Origin: Akkermansia muciniphila
GTDB lineage: Bacteria; Verrucomicrobiota; Verrucomicrobiia; Limisphaerales; UBA9464
Assembly (NCBI GenBank): GCA_945900455.1
Contig: CAMDJH010000004.1
Coordinates: 1-60,231, forward strand
DNA: 60,231 nt
Direction of reading: 5' to 3'
Shown: in pieces, positions 17,261 through 27,145 of the stretch
Layout: each line of letters opens with the position of its first letter
How positions within the stretch are numbered: position 1 is the first letter of the stretch
Position numbers and translations under genes: made by a program
The notes under the pieces: generated by a model
What the model saw: only the letters and a program-made list of their open reading frames with translations
What the model was told of the DNA's origin: nothing
The model's database searches: none

Positions 17261-18568
17261 ATGGTGGTAGACCCGCTCAATATGCACCTCGAAACTCTTT
17301 GTCTTCATGGCGGCACGCAGCCGGATCCCACGACGCTTTCACGGGGAGTACCGGTCTATCGGACCAGTTCCTTCGTCTTCAAGAACTCCGAGCACGCGGC
17401 CAATCTTTTCGCTCTCCGGGAGTTGGGCAATGTTTACACGCGCCTCACGAATCCGACGACCGATGTGTTGGAAAAGCGCGTGGCCCTGCTCGAAGGCGCA
17501 CCCGAAATGGGAGGCCTGGGCCTGGCTTCGGGCACCAGCGGTATCTTCTATTCCATCATCAATGTGGCAGCGGCCGGGGATAACATCGTCTCGGCCCGCA
17601 ACCTTTACGGCGGCTCGTACACCCAGTTCGATACCCTCCTCCCCGCGCTTGGCATCACCGTGAAGTTCGTGGATTCCAACGATCCACAAAATTTTGCTCG
17701 GGCAATTGATTCAAAGACCCGCGCTCTCTTCTGCGAGTCGGTTTCGAACCCGGCCCTTGAAATAACGGATCTCGACGCCGTCGGCCAGATCGCCCGCGCG
17801 AGCGGCATCCCACTGATCGTGGACTCGACGTTTTCGACTCCCTACCTGACCCAGCCGCTCAAGCACGGCGCGGATATCGTGGTGCATTCGTTGACCAAAT
17901 GGTTCGGGGGGCATGGCACGGGCATCGGCGGCGTGGTGGTCGACAGCGGCCGGTTCAATTGGGCGGCGGGCAAACACCCGATTTATACGACGCCCGACAC
18001 CGGCTATCACGGCCTCCGGTGGGGCCTGGACCTGCCGGAGCCGTTGCGGCCGCTCGCGTTCATTCTACGGATGCGCACCGTGCCGCTGCGCAATCTCGGT
18101 GCCTGCATCGCCCCGGACAATTCGTGGATGTTTCTCCAGGGCATCGAGACCCTCCCGCTGCGAATGGAGCGTCATTGTCAAAACTCCCTTGCGGTCGCCA
18201 AGCATCTGCAGTCGCACCAGCGCGTCGAATGGGTGCGGTTTCCCGGGCTGCCCGATGATCCCGAGTTCGCAAAAAACCAGAAGTACCTTCGCGGAAAAGG
18301 GGGTGCCATTGTGGTATTCGGCATCAAGGGCGGCCGAGAAGCCGGCAGCAGGTTCATCGACTCACTGAAACTCTTCTCACACCTCGCCAACGTGGGAGAT
18401 GCGAAGAGCCTGGCGATTCATCCCGCAACCACGACGCACTCGCAGCTCAATGAAGAGCAGCAACGAGCCGGCGGCATCACCCCTGAGCTCATCCGCCTCA
18501 GCGTCGGGCTGGAGCACATCGACGACATCGTTGAGGACATCGACCAGGCGCTGGCGGCAACGAAATGA
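17261..18568 (+). CDS. metY: O-acetylhomoserine sulfhydrylase (PLP-dependent, Cys/Met metabolism family)
   Basis: ETLCLHGGTQPDPTTLSRGVPVYRTSSFVF...YTRLTNPTTDVLEKRVALLEG...HSLTKWFGGHG...P.TTTHSQL is a full-length match to the OAH sulfhydrylase pattern. An alternative start at 17282 is possible. Confidence 0.92.
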   Translation: MVVDPLNMHLETLCLHGGTQPDPTTLSRGVPVYRTSSFVFKNSEHAANLFALRELGNVYTRLTNPTTDVLEKRVALLEGAPEMGGLGLASGTSGIFYSIINVAAAGDNIVSARNLYGGSYTQFDTLLPALGITVKFVDSNDPQNFARAIDSKTRALFCESVSNPALEITDLDAVGQIARASGIPLIVDSTFSTPYLTQPLKHGADIVVHSLTKWFGGHGTGIGGVVVDSGRFNWAAGKHPIYTTPDTGYHGLRWGLDLPEPLRPLAFILRMRTVPLRNLGACIAPDNSWMFLQGIETLPLRMERHCQNSLAVAKHLQSHQRVEWVRFPGLPDDPEFAKNQKYLRGKGGAIVVFGIKGGREAGSRFIDSLKLFSHLANVGDAKSLAIHPATTTHSQLNEEQQRAGGITPELIRLSVGLEHIDDIVEDIDQALAATK

Positions 18569-18644
18569 GGGGGCTTCCCGATTCGCGCCGCGAAGCGCAT
18601 TCGCTAACCGGCCGGAAGTCACTGGGTCGTCCGGGGTACCGTCC

Positions 18645-19826
18645 ATGACCAGAAAGTGCACCCAACGCCCTCCGCCGAGCGCCTGCGGGACGGTCGCCAC
18701 GGAATTCTTCCATCTGGCGACCGAGGCGAACCCATTTTTCCTCCAGAGCGGCGAGTCCGTGGGTCCGGCCGTGCTCGCCTATGAGACCTACGGCCGCCTA
18801 AACCGAAAACGGAACAACGCGGTACTCGTCTTCCACGCACTCAGTGGCAGCCAGCACGCGGCAGGCGTCAACCGCGCGGTCCACGGTGTGGGCGAACGAT
18901 GGACGGAGGAATGCCACGTCGGCTGGTGGGATGATTTCATCGGCCCCGGCAAAGGCGTCGACACGGATGAATTCTACGTCGTCTGCGCCAATTACATCGG
19001 CGGTTGTTACGGCTCGACCGGCCCAGGATCGAAAGACCCGCGCACCGGCAAACCGTATGGCCCGCGCTTCCCGCAACTCACCATCGCCGACATCGTGGAC
19101 TCGCAACTGGCGTTGCTCGATCAGCTCGGCATCGAGCAGTTGCACGCAACGATTGGCGCCTCGCTTGGCGGCCTTATGGCGCTGAGTCTCGCGTCACGCC
19201 ATCCGGAACGGGTGCGCACAGTCATCCCCTTTGCGACCGGTGCCACGATTACCCCGCTCCAGCGGATCCACAACTTCGAACAGATCTGCGCCATCGAATC
19301 GGACCCGCATTTCCACGGCGGTGACTTTTACGAGGGGCCGCCTCCGGATCGCGGCCTGGCGTTGGCCCGCATGATCGGGCACAAGACCTTCGTTTCGCTG
19401 ACGACCCTGGAAGAGCGCGCCCGGGTCGAAGTCGTTCGCCGTGACAACACGCTGGCGTGGTACCAACTGCGCAGCCCGATCGAGAGCTACCTGCTTCATC
19501 AGGGTCAGAAGTTTGTGCAGCGCTTCGATGCCAATTCTTACTTGCGGATTCTCGACGCGTGGCAGCGGTTCGATCTGGCGCGGGAAGCCCTCGCAGAGGA
19601 CCTCGTCTCGCTGTTTCAACGCTGCCGAACGCAGAACTATCTCGTGTTCACCATCGACTCCGACTGTTGTTTTTATCCGAATGAACAAGCTCACTTGCAC
19701 TCCGCACTCAAACAGGCTGAGGTCGACGCTACGCGAATCACCGTGCACAGCGACAAGGGACACGATTCATTTCTGCTTGAGCCCCACCTTTACCGGCCGT
19801 TCCTGCGCTCGGCCTTGACCGGTTGA
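18645..19826 (+). CDS. metX: Homoserine O-acetyltransferase
   Basis: ...LAYETYGRLN..NAVLVFHALSGSQHAAG...GWWDDFIGPGKGVDTDEFYVVCANYIGGCYGSTGP...GASLGGLMAL... are MetX hallmarks. The start is taken at the ATG at 18645, downstream of the metY stop. The ORF-track start at 18399 overlaps metY. Confidence 0.92.
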   Translation: MTRKCTQRPPPSACGTVATEFFHLATEANPFFLQSGESVGPAVLAYETYGRLNRKRNNAVLVFHALSGSQHAAGVNRAVHGVGERWTEECHVGWWDDFIGPGKGVDTDEFYVVCANYIGGCYGSTGPGSKDPRTGKPYGPRFPQLTIADIVDSQLALLDQLGIEQLHATIGASLGGLMALSLASRHPERVRTVIPFATGATITPLQRIHNFEQICAIESDPHFHGGDFYEGPPPDRGLALARMIGHKTFVSLTTLEERARVEVVRRDNTLAWYQLRSPIESYLLHQGQKFVQRFDANSYLRILDAWQRFDLAREALAEDLVSLFQRCRTQNYLVFTIDSDCCFYPNEQAHLHSALKQAEVDATRITVHSDKGHDSFLLEPHLYRPFLRSALTG

Positions 19827-19951
19827 TCTGAGCAAAACGCAAGCTGGACCGGCAACGCCCTTACTGCTAAAATGAAGCACCCCATGCGTTCACCGATTCT
19901 CCCGCTCACCGTGCCGTGGCTTCGCCACGCCTGATCTCCACCCCATTCTCT

Positions 19952-20899
19952 ATGAAAACCATGCGCTTTACTTCCCTTGCCATCGCCATCCTCAGCGGAC
20001 GTTTGTTGGCCGCTGATTTGCAGTCGGACCATCCCGCCGAGTTTGCGCGCTGCGTATCTGCCGATGCGTCCGTCACAAAACTCGCTGGCGACATGGGCTT
20101 CGTCGAAGGCCCCGTGTGGATCATCGCCAGCGGAGTGCTCGTGTTCAGCGACATTCCCAACGACGAGCTGAAGCAATGGTCGCCGACCGCCGGTCTGACA
20201 ACCTATCGCAAGCCAAGCCACAATGCCAACGGCAACACCCTCGACCTCGCAGGCCGTCTCCTCACGTGCGAACACACCGGGCGACGCCTGGCAATTCAGG
20301 ACGCCAACGGTGGCCTGAAAACGCTCGTCGATTTATGCGACGGGAAGAAGCTGAACTCGCCGAACGACGTCGTGGTGCGTTCGGACGGCACGGTGTGGTT
20401 CACCGATCCGGATTACGGCCTGAAGACGAATCCCGAGACCAAGAAAAAAGAGGGCAAAGAGCAGGCGGGCAATTTTGTCTTCCGTCACAATCCCAGGACT
20501 GGGAGGACCACCGCGGTTGCGAAGGACTTCGTCCAGCCCAACGGCCTCGCTTTCTCACCCGACGAGAAGAAACTCTACATCGCCGACTCCGGCTCACCCC
20601 ACCACATCCGGGTGTTCGACGTCACCGCCGACAGTGCGCTTACGGGCGGCCAGGTCTTTTGTGTGATCGACAAAGGCGGGCCGGACGGCATCCGCGTCGA
20701 CCAAAGCGGCCGGGTGTGGTCGAGCGCTGGCGATGGCGTGCAGATTTTTGCACCCGACGGCCATCGAATTGGCAAGATTCTGATGGCCGAGTCACCCGCC
20801 AACCTCTGTTTTGGCGGGGCCGACGGTAAGACCCTTTTCATCACCGCACGCAAGTCCCTCTACTCGATTAAAGTCGCGGTCGCCGGTGCTGGCCAGTAA
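19952..20899 (+). CDS. SMP-30/gluconolactonase/LRE family protein, secreted
   Basis: Signal peptide MKTMRFTSLAIAILSG. Motifs FVEGPVW, NSPNDVVVRSDGTVWFTDP, PNGLAFSPDEKKLYIADS and PDGIRVD..GRVW are typical of the six-bladed lactonase fold. Confidence 0.85.
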   Translation: MKTMRFTSLAIAILSGRLLAADLQSDHPAEFARCVSADASVTKLAGDMGFVEGPVWIIASGVLVFSDIPNDELKQWSPTAGLTTYRKPSHNANGNTLDLAGRLLTCEHTGRRLAIQDANGGLKTLVDLCDGKKLNSPNDVVVRSDGTVWFTDPDYGLKTNPETKKKEGKEQAGNFVFRHNPRTGRTTAVAKDFVQPNGLAFSPDEKKLYIADSGSPHHIRVFDVTADSALTGGQVFCVIDKGGPDGIRVDQSGRVWSSAGDGVQIFAPDGHRIGKILMAESPANLCFGGADGKTLFITARKSLYSIKVAVAGAGQ

Positions 20900-21256
20900 T
20901 TGCGCGCAGAGCCGTGGAACAATTACCCAAATTCCTAAGCTGTCCAACTAAACTGTCCCAGAACATAAACTAAGCTCCAATCGGACGCAGGCGATTGTCA
21001 TTGGCGCACGGTTAAGGGAAAACGACCTGTCCATTTATCCTCATGGCGATCTGAGGCGGTAGAAACGCGCGCCATGATTCGTCCACTCGGGATCGCTGAA
21101 ATCGGACACGCCTCCGGTAATTGTGTTCGCTGCGGGCTAACGATCTGTCCCTTTTTCCTCGGTCCTTTATCCTCGCGTCCTGCTTCAAGAAGAACGCGTG
21201 TCGGAAAGTCTGCATTGCACTTCCTCCCGTGCTTCGCATAATTCCGATAGCTTTCT

Positions 21257-22981
21257 ATGCGACACCTCGCCATCTCCCTACTCGCTCTGTCTCTCGCTGC
21301 CGCTTCGCTTCATGCGGCCGATGATTATGTGCCCGGTCCCGATTCCAAAGCACAGGAGGGTGTGCCCAAGGGCGTCCTCTCCAAATACAATTTCGAGGCC
21401 AGCAAGATTTTTCCCGGTACCTATCGCGATTACTGGGTCTATCTTCCGGCCGGTTTCGACGCGGCCAGGACCTATCCGTTCATGGTGTTTCAGGATGGCA
21501 TCCAGTACCAGGCGCCCGTCGTGTTCGACAACCTCATCCACAAGAAGGAAATCCCTCCGCTGATCGGCATTTTCATCACGCCCGGACGGGTCAAGGCGGC
21601 GTCCACCAACGCGCTCGACCGATTCAATCGCAGCTACGAATACGACGGTCTCGGCGATGCCTATGCGCGATTCCTCATCGAAGAACTTCTGCCGCACATT
21701 GCGAAGGAGCAGAGGGTGAATCTCTCGGCAAACCCTGATGACCGCGCCATTGCCGGTGCCAGCAGCGGCGCGATCTGCGCCTTCACCGCGGCGTGGGAAC
21801 GGCCCGATGCTTTTCGTCGCGTGTTCAGCAGCATCGGCACCTACGTCGGACTGCGCGGCGGGAATGTTTATCCCACGCTCATCCGCAAGATTGAACCGAA
21901 ACCCCTCCGGATTTTTCTCCAGGACGGATCCGCGGATCAGAACATCTACGGGGGTGACTGGTGGATGGCCAATCTGGAGATGGAACGCGCGCTGGTCTTT
22001 GCCGGTTACGACGTGAACCACGCTTGGGGCGACGGCGGCCATAATGGCAAGCAGGCAACCCAGGTGTTTCCCGACGCCTTGCGCTGGCTCTGGCGCGATT
22101 ACCCGGCAGGGATCAAAGCCAACGCGGAGAAGAAATCGAAACAACCCGTGGCCGCACTCATTGGCGATAGCGGCTGGGAATTGGTGGGTGAAGGATACAA
22201 GTTCACCGAAGGACCTGCGGCCAATGCGAAAGGCGAAATATTTTTCACGGATATTCCGAACAATCGCATCCACAAGATCGGGCTGGACGGCAAGATCAGC
22301 ATTTTCGCCGAGAATACCGGCGGTGCGAACGGTTTGATGTTCGGTCCGGACCGCCGGCTCCATGCCTGCGCCAACGGCAAAAAGCAGATCGTCGCCTATG
22401 ATGAGACGGGCAAATCCACCCTCGTGGCCGATGGCCTGGCATCCAACGATCTGGCGATCACCCACAAAGGCGAGCTTTACGTCACCGATCCCGGGAGCAA
22501 ACAGGTTTGGTTCATCAGCGAGATCGGCGAGAAAAAGGTGGTGGACCAGGGACTGAGTTTTCCCAATGGCGTGTTGTTGTCGCCTGATCAAAGCCTGCTC
22601 TACGTGGCCGACATGAACGGGCAGTTCGTTCACAGCTACGTCCGTCAACCCGATGGCTCACTGACGGCAAAGCAGCGCTACTATCATTTGCACATTCCCG
22701 ACGGTGAAACCGGCAGCGGGGCGGATGGCATGACGGTCGATGCCGACGGCTGGCTCTATGTGGCCACGAAGATGGGTGTGCAGATTTGCGATCAGGCCGG
22801 CCGCGTCAACAGCATCCTCGAGAAGCCGCAACGGGGTTGGTTGGCAAACCTATGCTTTGGCGGACCGAAATTCGACGAACTGTTCGCCACCGCGGGCGAC
22901 AAGGTCTACAAACGGAAACTGAAGACGAAAGGAGTGCTCTCTTTCCAGCCGCCAATTAAACCGCCTGCACCAAGACTTTGA
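21257..22981 (+). CDS. Fusion protein: esterase (enterochelin-esterase-like alpha/beta hydrolase) + SMP-30/gluconolactonase domain, secreted
   Basis: Signal peptide. The N-terminal half has YWVYLPAGFD...PFMVFQDG...IAGASSGAICAF (putative esterase family). The C-terminal half has FTEGPAA..GEIFFTD, PNGVLLSPDQSLLYVAD and ADGMTVDADGWLYVA (lactonase). Confidence 0.8.
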   Translation: MRHLAISLLALSLAAASLHAADDYVPGPDSKAQEGVPKGVLSKYNFEASKIFPGTYRDYWVYLPAGFDAARTYPFMVFQDGIQYQAPVVFDNLIHKKEIPPLIGIFITPGRVKAASTNALDRFNRSYEYDGLGDAYARFLIEELLPHIAKEQRVNLSANPDDRAIAGASSGAICAFTAAWERPDAFRRVFSSIGTYVGLRGGNVYPTLIRKIEPKPLRIFLQDGSADQNIYGGDWWMANLEMERALVFAGYDVNHAWGDGGHNGKQATQVFPDALRWLWRDYPAGIKANAEKKSKQPVAALIGDSGWELVGEGYKFTEGPAANAKGEIFFTDIPNNRIHKIGLDGKISIFAENTGGANGLMFGPDRRLHACANGKKQIVAYDETGKSTLVADGLASNDLAITHKGELYVTDPGSKQVWFISEIGEKKVVDQGLSFPNGVLLSPDQSLLYVADMNGQFVHSYVRQPDGSLTAKQRYYHLHIPDGETGSGADGMTVDADGWLYVATKMGVQICDQAGRVNSILEKPQRGWLANLCFGGPKFDELFATAGDKVYKRKLKTKGVLSFQPPIKPPAPRL

Positions 22982-23820
22982 AACCACATCGCACCCTCCG
23001 TTTTCTCGCCTTGCTGCTCACCGCCGCGCCCGTGATCGCGCTGCTCGCGAGCGGTTGTTCAGCCACCAAGAGTTCCAGCGCGAAGGTCGCACGCCCCGTG
23101 CATTGGGGTTACGAAGGCCACGAAGGCCCGCGTCACTGGGGCGCGCTGGACCCGACCTACGCCGCCTGCGGCAAGGGTACCGCACAGTCGCCCATCGACA
23201 TCTCGAAGACCGGCACCGGCACCGGCAAGCCGTGGAAGCTCGATTACAAGTCCACCTCGCTGCGCATCGCGCATCATGAGCACGTCGTGGACATCGTGGA
23301 CAACGGCCACACGATCCAAGTGACGGTGGACGAGGGCAGCACGCTGACCACGGCGCGCAATACGTATCAGTTGAAACAGTTCCACTTTCACACGCCGAGC
23401 GAGCACACCGTCAACGGGAAGCATTTCCCGATGGAGGTGCATTTCGAGCATCAGAGCGCCGACGGCAACTTCGCCGTGGTGGGCGCGCTTTTCGAGGAAG
23501 GCCCGGCCAACGAGCACCTTGCGCAAATAATTTCCCACTTCCCCAAAGCCAAGGGGGATGCCGCGCATTTCCCAGACAAGGAGATAGATCTGCAACTGCA
23601 TCTGCCGGCCAGCCAGGCGGCCTATTACTACATCGGCTCGTTCACCACGCCGCCCTGCACCGAGAATGTCGAGTGGATCGTGTTGCGTGATCCGGTCAAG
23701 GCCAATCACCCGCAGTTGGAGGCGTTTGCCGCGCGCCTGCACCACAACAACCGCCCGGTCCAGTCCCTGCACGACCGCAAGGTCAGCGCGGGCAACGTTG
23801 CCGGTGGCTTCGAACGTTGA
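22978..23820 (+). CDS. Alpha-class carbonic anhydrase, probable lipoprotein
   Basis: HWGYEGHEGPRHWG...QSPIDI...QFHFHTPSEHTVNGKHFPMEVHFEH...GSFTTPPCTE.VEWIVL. Lipobox LLASGC. The TTG start overlaps the upstream stop (TTGA). Confidence 0.92.
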   Translation: MKPHRTLRFLALLLTAAPVIALLASGCSATKSSSAKVARPVHWGYEGHEGPRHWGALDPTYAACGKGTAQSPIDISKTGTGTGKPWKLDYKSTSLRIAHHEHVVDIVDNGHTIQVTVDEGSTLTTARNTYQLKQFHFHTPSEHTVNGKHFPMEVHFEHQSADGNFAVVGALFEEGPANEHLAQIISHFPKAKGDAAHFPDKEIDLQLHLPASQAAYYYIGSFTTPPCTENVEWIVLRDPVKANHPQLEAFAARLHHNNRPVQSLHDRKVSAGNVAGGFER

Positions 23821-23962
23821 TCGTCCGCTACCTGCTCCGACAAGATCGGGCGGGATGCGCCGCGAGGTCGGGCATCTTCGGTTTCAAGTTTGACAGCCCA
23901 AAACCGGCGGCGGAGGGTCCGAAGAGCCTCCCCATTGACGAAACGAAACCCTGAACCGAGAA

Positions 23963-24967
23963 ATGCACCGCTTGACGATCATCACCCACTGCATGCTGGC
24001 CGCTTTGGCCTTGTCCACAGCCGAGGCGGTTGTTGCCCAGTCGACAAGCCCAGCCGCCCGGCCGAAGACGAAAGCCGACATCGACCTCTTGATGACCGAG
24101 CTTTCCAATTGGGGGCGCTGGGGTAACGACGATCAGCTTGGGACCATGAATCTCATCACGCCGGAGAAGCGGCGTCAGGCTTACAGTCTGGTCAGGGAGG
24201 GTGTGACGCTTTCACTGGCGCGCCCGTTGGAGAAAACGGCAGCGGCGGACAATCCCGCCCCGTTCATCCACAAGATGATGCTGACGGGTTTGAACAACCC
24301 CGGCCAGTTCGCGGCCGATACCTACATCGTTTCGTATCATGGACACGCTCATACCCACATGGATTCGTTGGGACACATGTTTTATAAGGGCAAGATGTAC
24401 AACGGCGTTCCCCAGGAGACGATCACAGCCGATGGCGCGTCGAAGCTGGGCATGTTGAATGTGCAGAACGGCATTGTATCCCGTGGAATCCTCGTCGATA
24501 TCCCCCGACTCAAGGGAGTTCCCTATCTCGATGCCGGCGCCGCCATTCATCCTGAGGATCTGGACGCGTGGGAGAAGCAGTCCGGACTGCGGGTCGGCCC
24601 GGGGGACATCGTGATTATACGCACGGGGCGTTGGGCGCGCCGAGCCGCCAAAGGGGCTTGGGATGTGGGCAATCTTTCGGCCGGCTTGCATGCCAGTTGC
24701 GCCGCCTGGCTCAAAAAGCGGGACATTGCCATGCTCGGCAGCGATGACGGGAGTGACGTGGCCCCCTCGCAAATCGAAGGAGTGACTCATCCCATTCACC
24801 AGGTGATGCTGATCGCCGCCGGAATTCACATTCTGGACTGTTGCGACCTGGAAGCCCTCGGCGCCGCCTGCGAGAAGCGCCAGCGCTGGGAATTCTTGCT
24901 GACGCTTGCGCCCTGGGCCGTGCCTAAAGGAACAGGTTCTCCCGTGAATCCGATCGCCACCTTCTAG
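23963..24967 (+). CDS. Cyclase family protein (kynurenine-formamidase-like fold), secreted
   Basis: Signal peptide. The metal-binding HGHAHTHMDSLGH motif and overall length fit the putative-cyclase family. Confidence 0.75.
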   Translation: MHRLTIITHCMLAALALSTAEAVVAQSTSPAARPKTKADIDLLMTELSNWGRWGNDDQLGTMNLITPEKRRQAYSLVREGVTLSLARPLEKTAAADNPAPFIHKMMLTGLNNPGQFAADTYIVSYHGHAHTHMDSLGHMFYKGKMYNGVPQETITADGASKLGMLNVQNGIVSRGILVDIPRLKGVPYLDAGAAIHPEDLDAWEKQSGLRVGPGDIVIIRTGRWARRAAKGAWDVGNLSAGLHASCAAWLKKRDIAMLGSDDGSDVAPSQIEGVTHPIHQVMLIAAGIHILDCCDLEALGAACEKRQRWEFLLTLAPWAVPKGTGSPVNPIATF

Positions 24968-25014
24968 TGTGGGCCGGCAAGTTGATCCCACCGCTGCTCG
25001 CACCCTCTATCAGC

Positions 25015-25545
25015 CTACGGCACCTCCAACGAATAGAATCGCTGTGGGACAACTGGAGCGATTGTGTTGGTGAACGTGAAAATCCCGGCGGCGTCAAACC
25101 GGTTGGTCGCCAGACGCGTCCAATTCACCCTGGGCTGGGCGACATTCGTGCCGGTCAGGACGTAATACGCCGCGCCCGCCGGACCGTTCGTGCCGCGGAG
25201 CACCACGTTGGCTCCGGCCTGACCGATGTTCCTGATGACCGGCGCTGAAGGCGGCGAAATATTCGCTTTGGCCACACGAGCTGAAACCTTGCCGCCCGCC
25301 ACGTCGAAGTCCCCGCCCACGTAGAGATCAGGCCCTGAAACCGCCAGAGCATTTCCACGGAAATTCAACCCTGATCCCATGTGCGACCAAACGCTCCTGT
25401 CCCATCTGGCTATGTTATTGCACGTAATGCCACCGGCCGTCATGAAGTCGCCGGTCACATACAGGTTGGTGCCCGATACCGCCAATGCCGAGACCGTGTA
25501 CCCGCCACTTAAGGTCGAGCCGAGGTCGGTCCACGTGCTGCTATT
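25015..25545 (-). pseudogene. C-terminal fragment of a beta-propeller-repeat secreted protein (no start or signal peptide)
   Basis: The repeats W..LGS.L.G.V.ALAVSG..LYV(T/G)GDF..AGG continue upstream of the ORF-track 'start' (a TTG) to an in-frame TGA at 25546-25548. There is no ATG or signal peptide. It ends with an FYR-type module (...PQRFYSLEVP). Confidence 0.4.
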
Positions 25546-25573
25546 TCACTTCCCACCGGAATTCGCCTGCCCG

Positions 25574-26290
25574 TTACCAACGTTGCTCGCGCCAGTCATC
25601 GACCGTGATTAACTGAGCCTTTTTCCAAGCTCCGTGGCCGTCAAAAAATAACAAGTTGGGGCCGGCCCCGTGTCGTGCCCGCGCGACACGACGCTCGCGG
25701 TTTAGGATTTTTCCGCCCGGAGCATAGGGCAAGTGGCTGGGATTCCACACGTCGTTCACTTCCGCAGAGCCATTAATCGACAGAGCCCTGATGACAGGTC
25801 TCCACGGGCCGTCTTCGTTGTCGGCGAAATATACTGAATCTGAGGGTTGCTGAAAAGCGGCCACGAGGGTCACTCCGGTCACCTCTTTACCAACCCTGTC
25901 GCGCGGGCTGCTAAAAGTCCATGCGTTGTCCACGTAACAAATGAGCTGCTTCTTTTCGGGATAACTGGGGCAGGTATATATCTGAACCTTGGCATAATCC
26001 TTTTCGATCTGTCCGCCAAGCATCGGTGTGAAGATTTTCCACCAGATTGGGAAGTTTCCCCGCGGGATCGATCCGTTGTTGTCTTCAGCGTACATCATCA
26101 TGCCCAGTCCCATCTGGCGGAGATTGCTAAGGCAACGAGCCTTTCTGGAGGCTTCCTTGGCCTTGCTGAGCGCCGGCAGAAGCATCGATGCCAGGATCGA
26201 AATGATGGCAATTACGACGAGTAGCTCAATCAGCGTGAACCCCCGCCCTGGTCGGCGTGTCGCTTGGAGGCGGATGCTCTTGTTCGTCAC
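25574..26290 (-). CDS. Prepilin-type N-terminal cleavage/methylation domain protein (DUF1559, H-X9-DG type)
   Basis: [31 protein letters not shown] is a class III signal/pilin N-terminus. The C-terminal [13 protein letters not shown] fits H-X9-DG. Confidence 0.85.
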   Translation of the reverse strand: MTNKSIRLQATRRPGRGFTLIELLVVIAIISILASMLLPALSKAKEASRKARCLSNLRQMGLGMMMYAEDNNGSIPRGNFPIWWKIFTPMLGGQIEKDYAKVQIYTCPSYPEKKQLICYVDNAWTFSSPRDRVGKEVTGVTLVAAFQQPSDSVYFADNEDGPWRPVIRALSINGSAEVNDVWNPSHLPYAPGGKILNRERRVARARHGAGPNLLFFDGHGAWKKAQLITVDDWREQRW

Positions 26291-26328
26291 AGCCAGTTCC
26301 CCCCATTAGTTGCGGGCCCAATTTTTCG

Positions 26329-27018
26329 TCAGAGGAGGCGATTCCATGGGGCACGCTGCTGCTCGATCTTCGATGACTCCCGCTTTCTCTCGAATCGTTG
26401 GGGTGGTCTTGCGCCGGTTCCCCGTTCGGCAACCAGGGTCTTTTCGATCGCCCCGAGAAGATCGCTCCGACCCTGCTTCGTCATGGACGAGCAGGTGAAA
26501 ATCTCGGGCAATTGCTCACACCATCCGGATAGGTGTGCTTTAAAGGCCTCAATGTTCGCCTGGACGTGGGTCGGTGACGACTTGTCGATCTTGGTGAAGA
26601 TGAGAACAATCGGCGCGGAGATCCGCGCGAGCCACTGCACGAACTCCAAGTCCAACTTCTGGGGTGGAAGGCTGGAGTCGAGAAGAACAAAGACCCCGCG
26701 GAGGTTTGGCCGGTTCTCGAGGTAGTCGGACACCGCGTGATTAAATTTCGCCATGTCCTTCCGCGCCACGTGGGCAAACCCATATCCCGGTAAGTCGACC
26801 AATCGCCACGTCTTATTGATCGTGAAGAGGTTTATCATCTTGGTGTGCCCCGGAGTGGCCGAAACCTTGGCGAGATCGGGCTTGCCGGAGAGCATGTTCA
26901 GCAGAGAGGACTTACCCACATTGGATCGGCCGATGAAGGCGAATTCGGGCAGAGATTCGTCCGGACACGACTCCAGATCTGGAGCGCTGCGGTGAAAGAT
27001 GGCGGAGGAGATGTTCAT
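26329..27018 (-). CDS. engB: Ribosome biogenesis GTP-binding protein YihA/EngB
   Basis: EFAFIGRSNVGKSSLLNML (G1), LVDLPGYGFA (G3) and TKIDK (G4). The start is taken at the ATG at 27016-27018 (MNISSAIF...). The longer ORF would overlap rsmB. Confidence 0.9.
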   Translation of the reverse strand: MNISSAIFHRSAPDLESCPDESLPEFAFIGRSNVGKSSLLNMLSGKPDLAKVSATPGHTKMINLFTINKTWRLVDLPGYGFAHVARKDMAKFNHAVSDYLENRPNLRGVFVLLDSSLPPQKLDLEFVQWLARISAPIVLIFTKIDKSSPTHVQANIEAFKAHLSGWCEQLPEIFTCSSMTKQGRSDLLGAIEKTLVAERGTGARPPQRFERKRESSKIEQQRAPWNRLL

Positions 27019-27145
27019 GCACGGAGACGGACCCGGCAATTGATGCCGGAAATTCGCCCCCGCTGATATGCCAATTTTTCCAACTGCGAGTGTGGTCCGG
27101 GTTCCAGGTGCCAGGACGGACGCACGTTTCGCATTGTCTGTGAAC

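Noticed and set aside
20900-21256. A 357-bp spacer with four CTGTCC motifs, an 8-bp stem (TCATGGCG...CGCCATGA) and an 'AAGGGAA' reminiscent of cobalamin riboswitches. Possible ncRNA or riboswitch.
   Set aside because: No B12-box or other riboswitch core follows. The downstream gene (esterase-lactonase) is not a typical riboswitch target. The motifs are short enough to be chance. It is probably just a promoter region.
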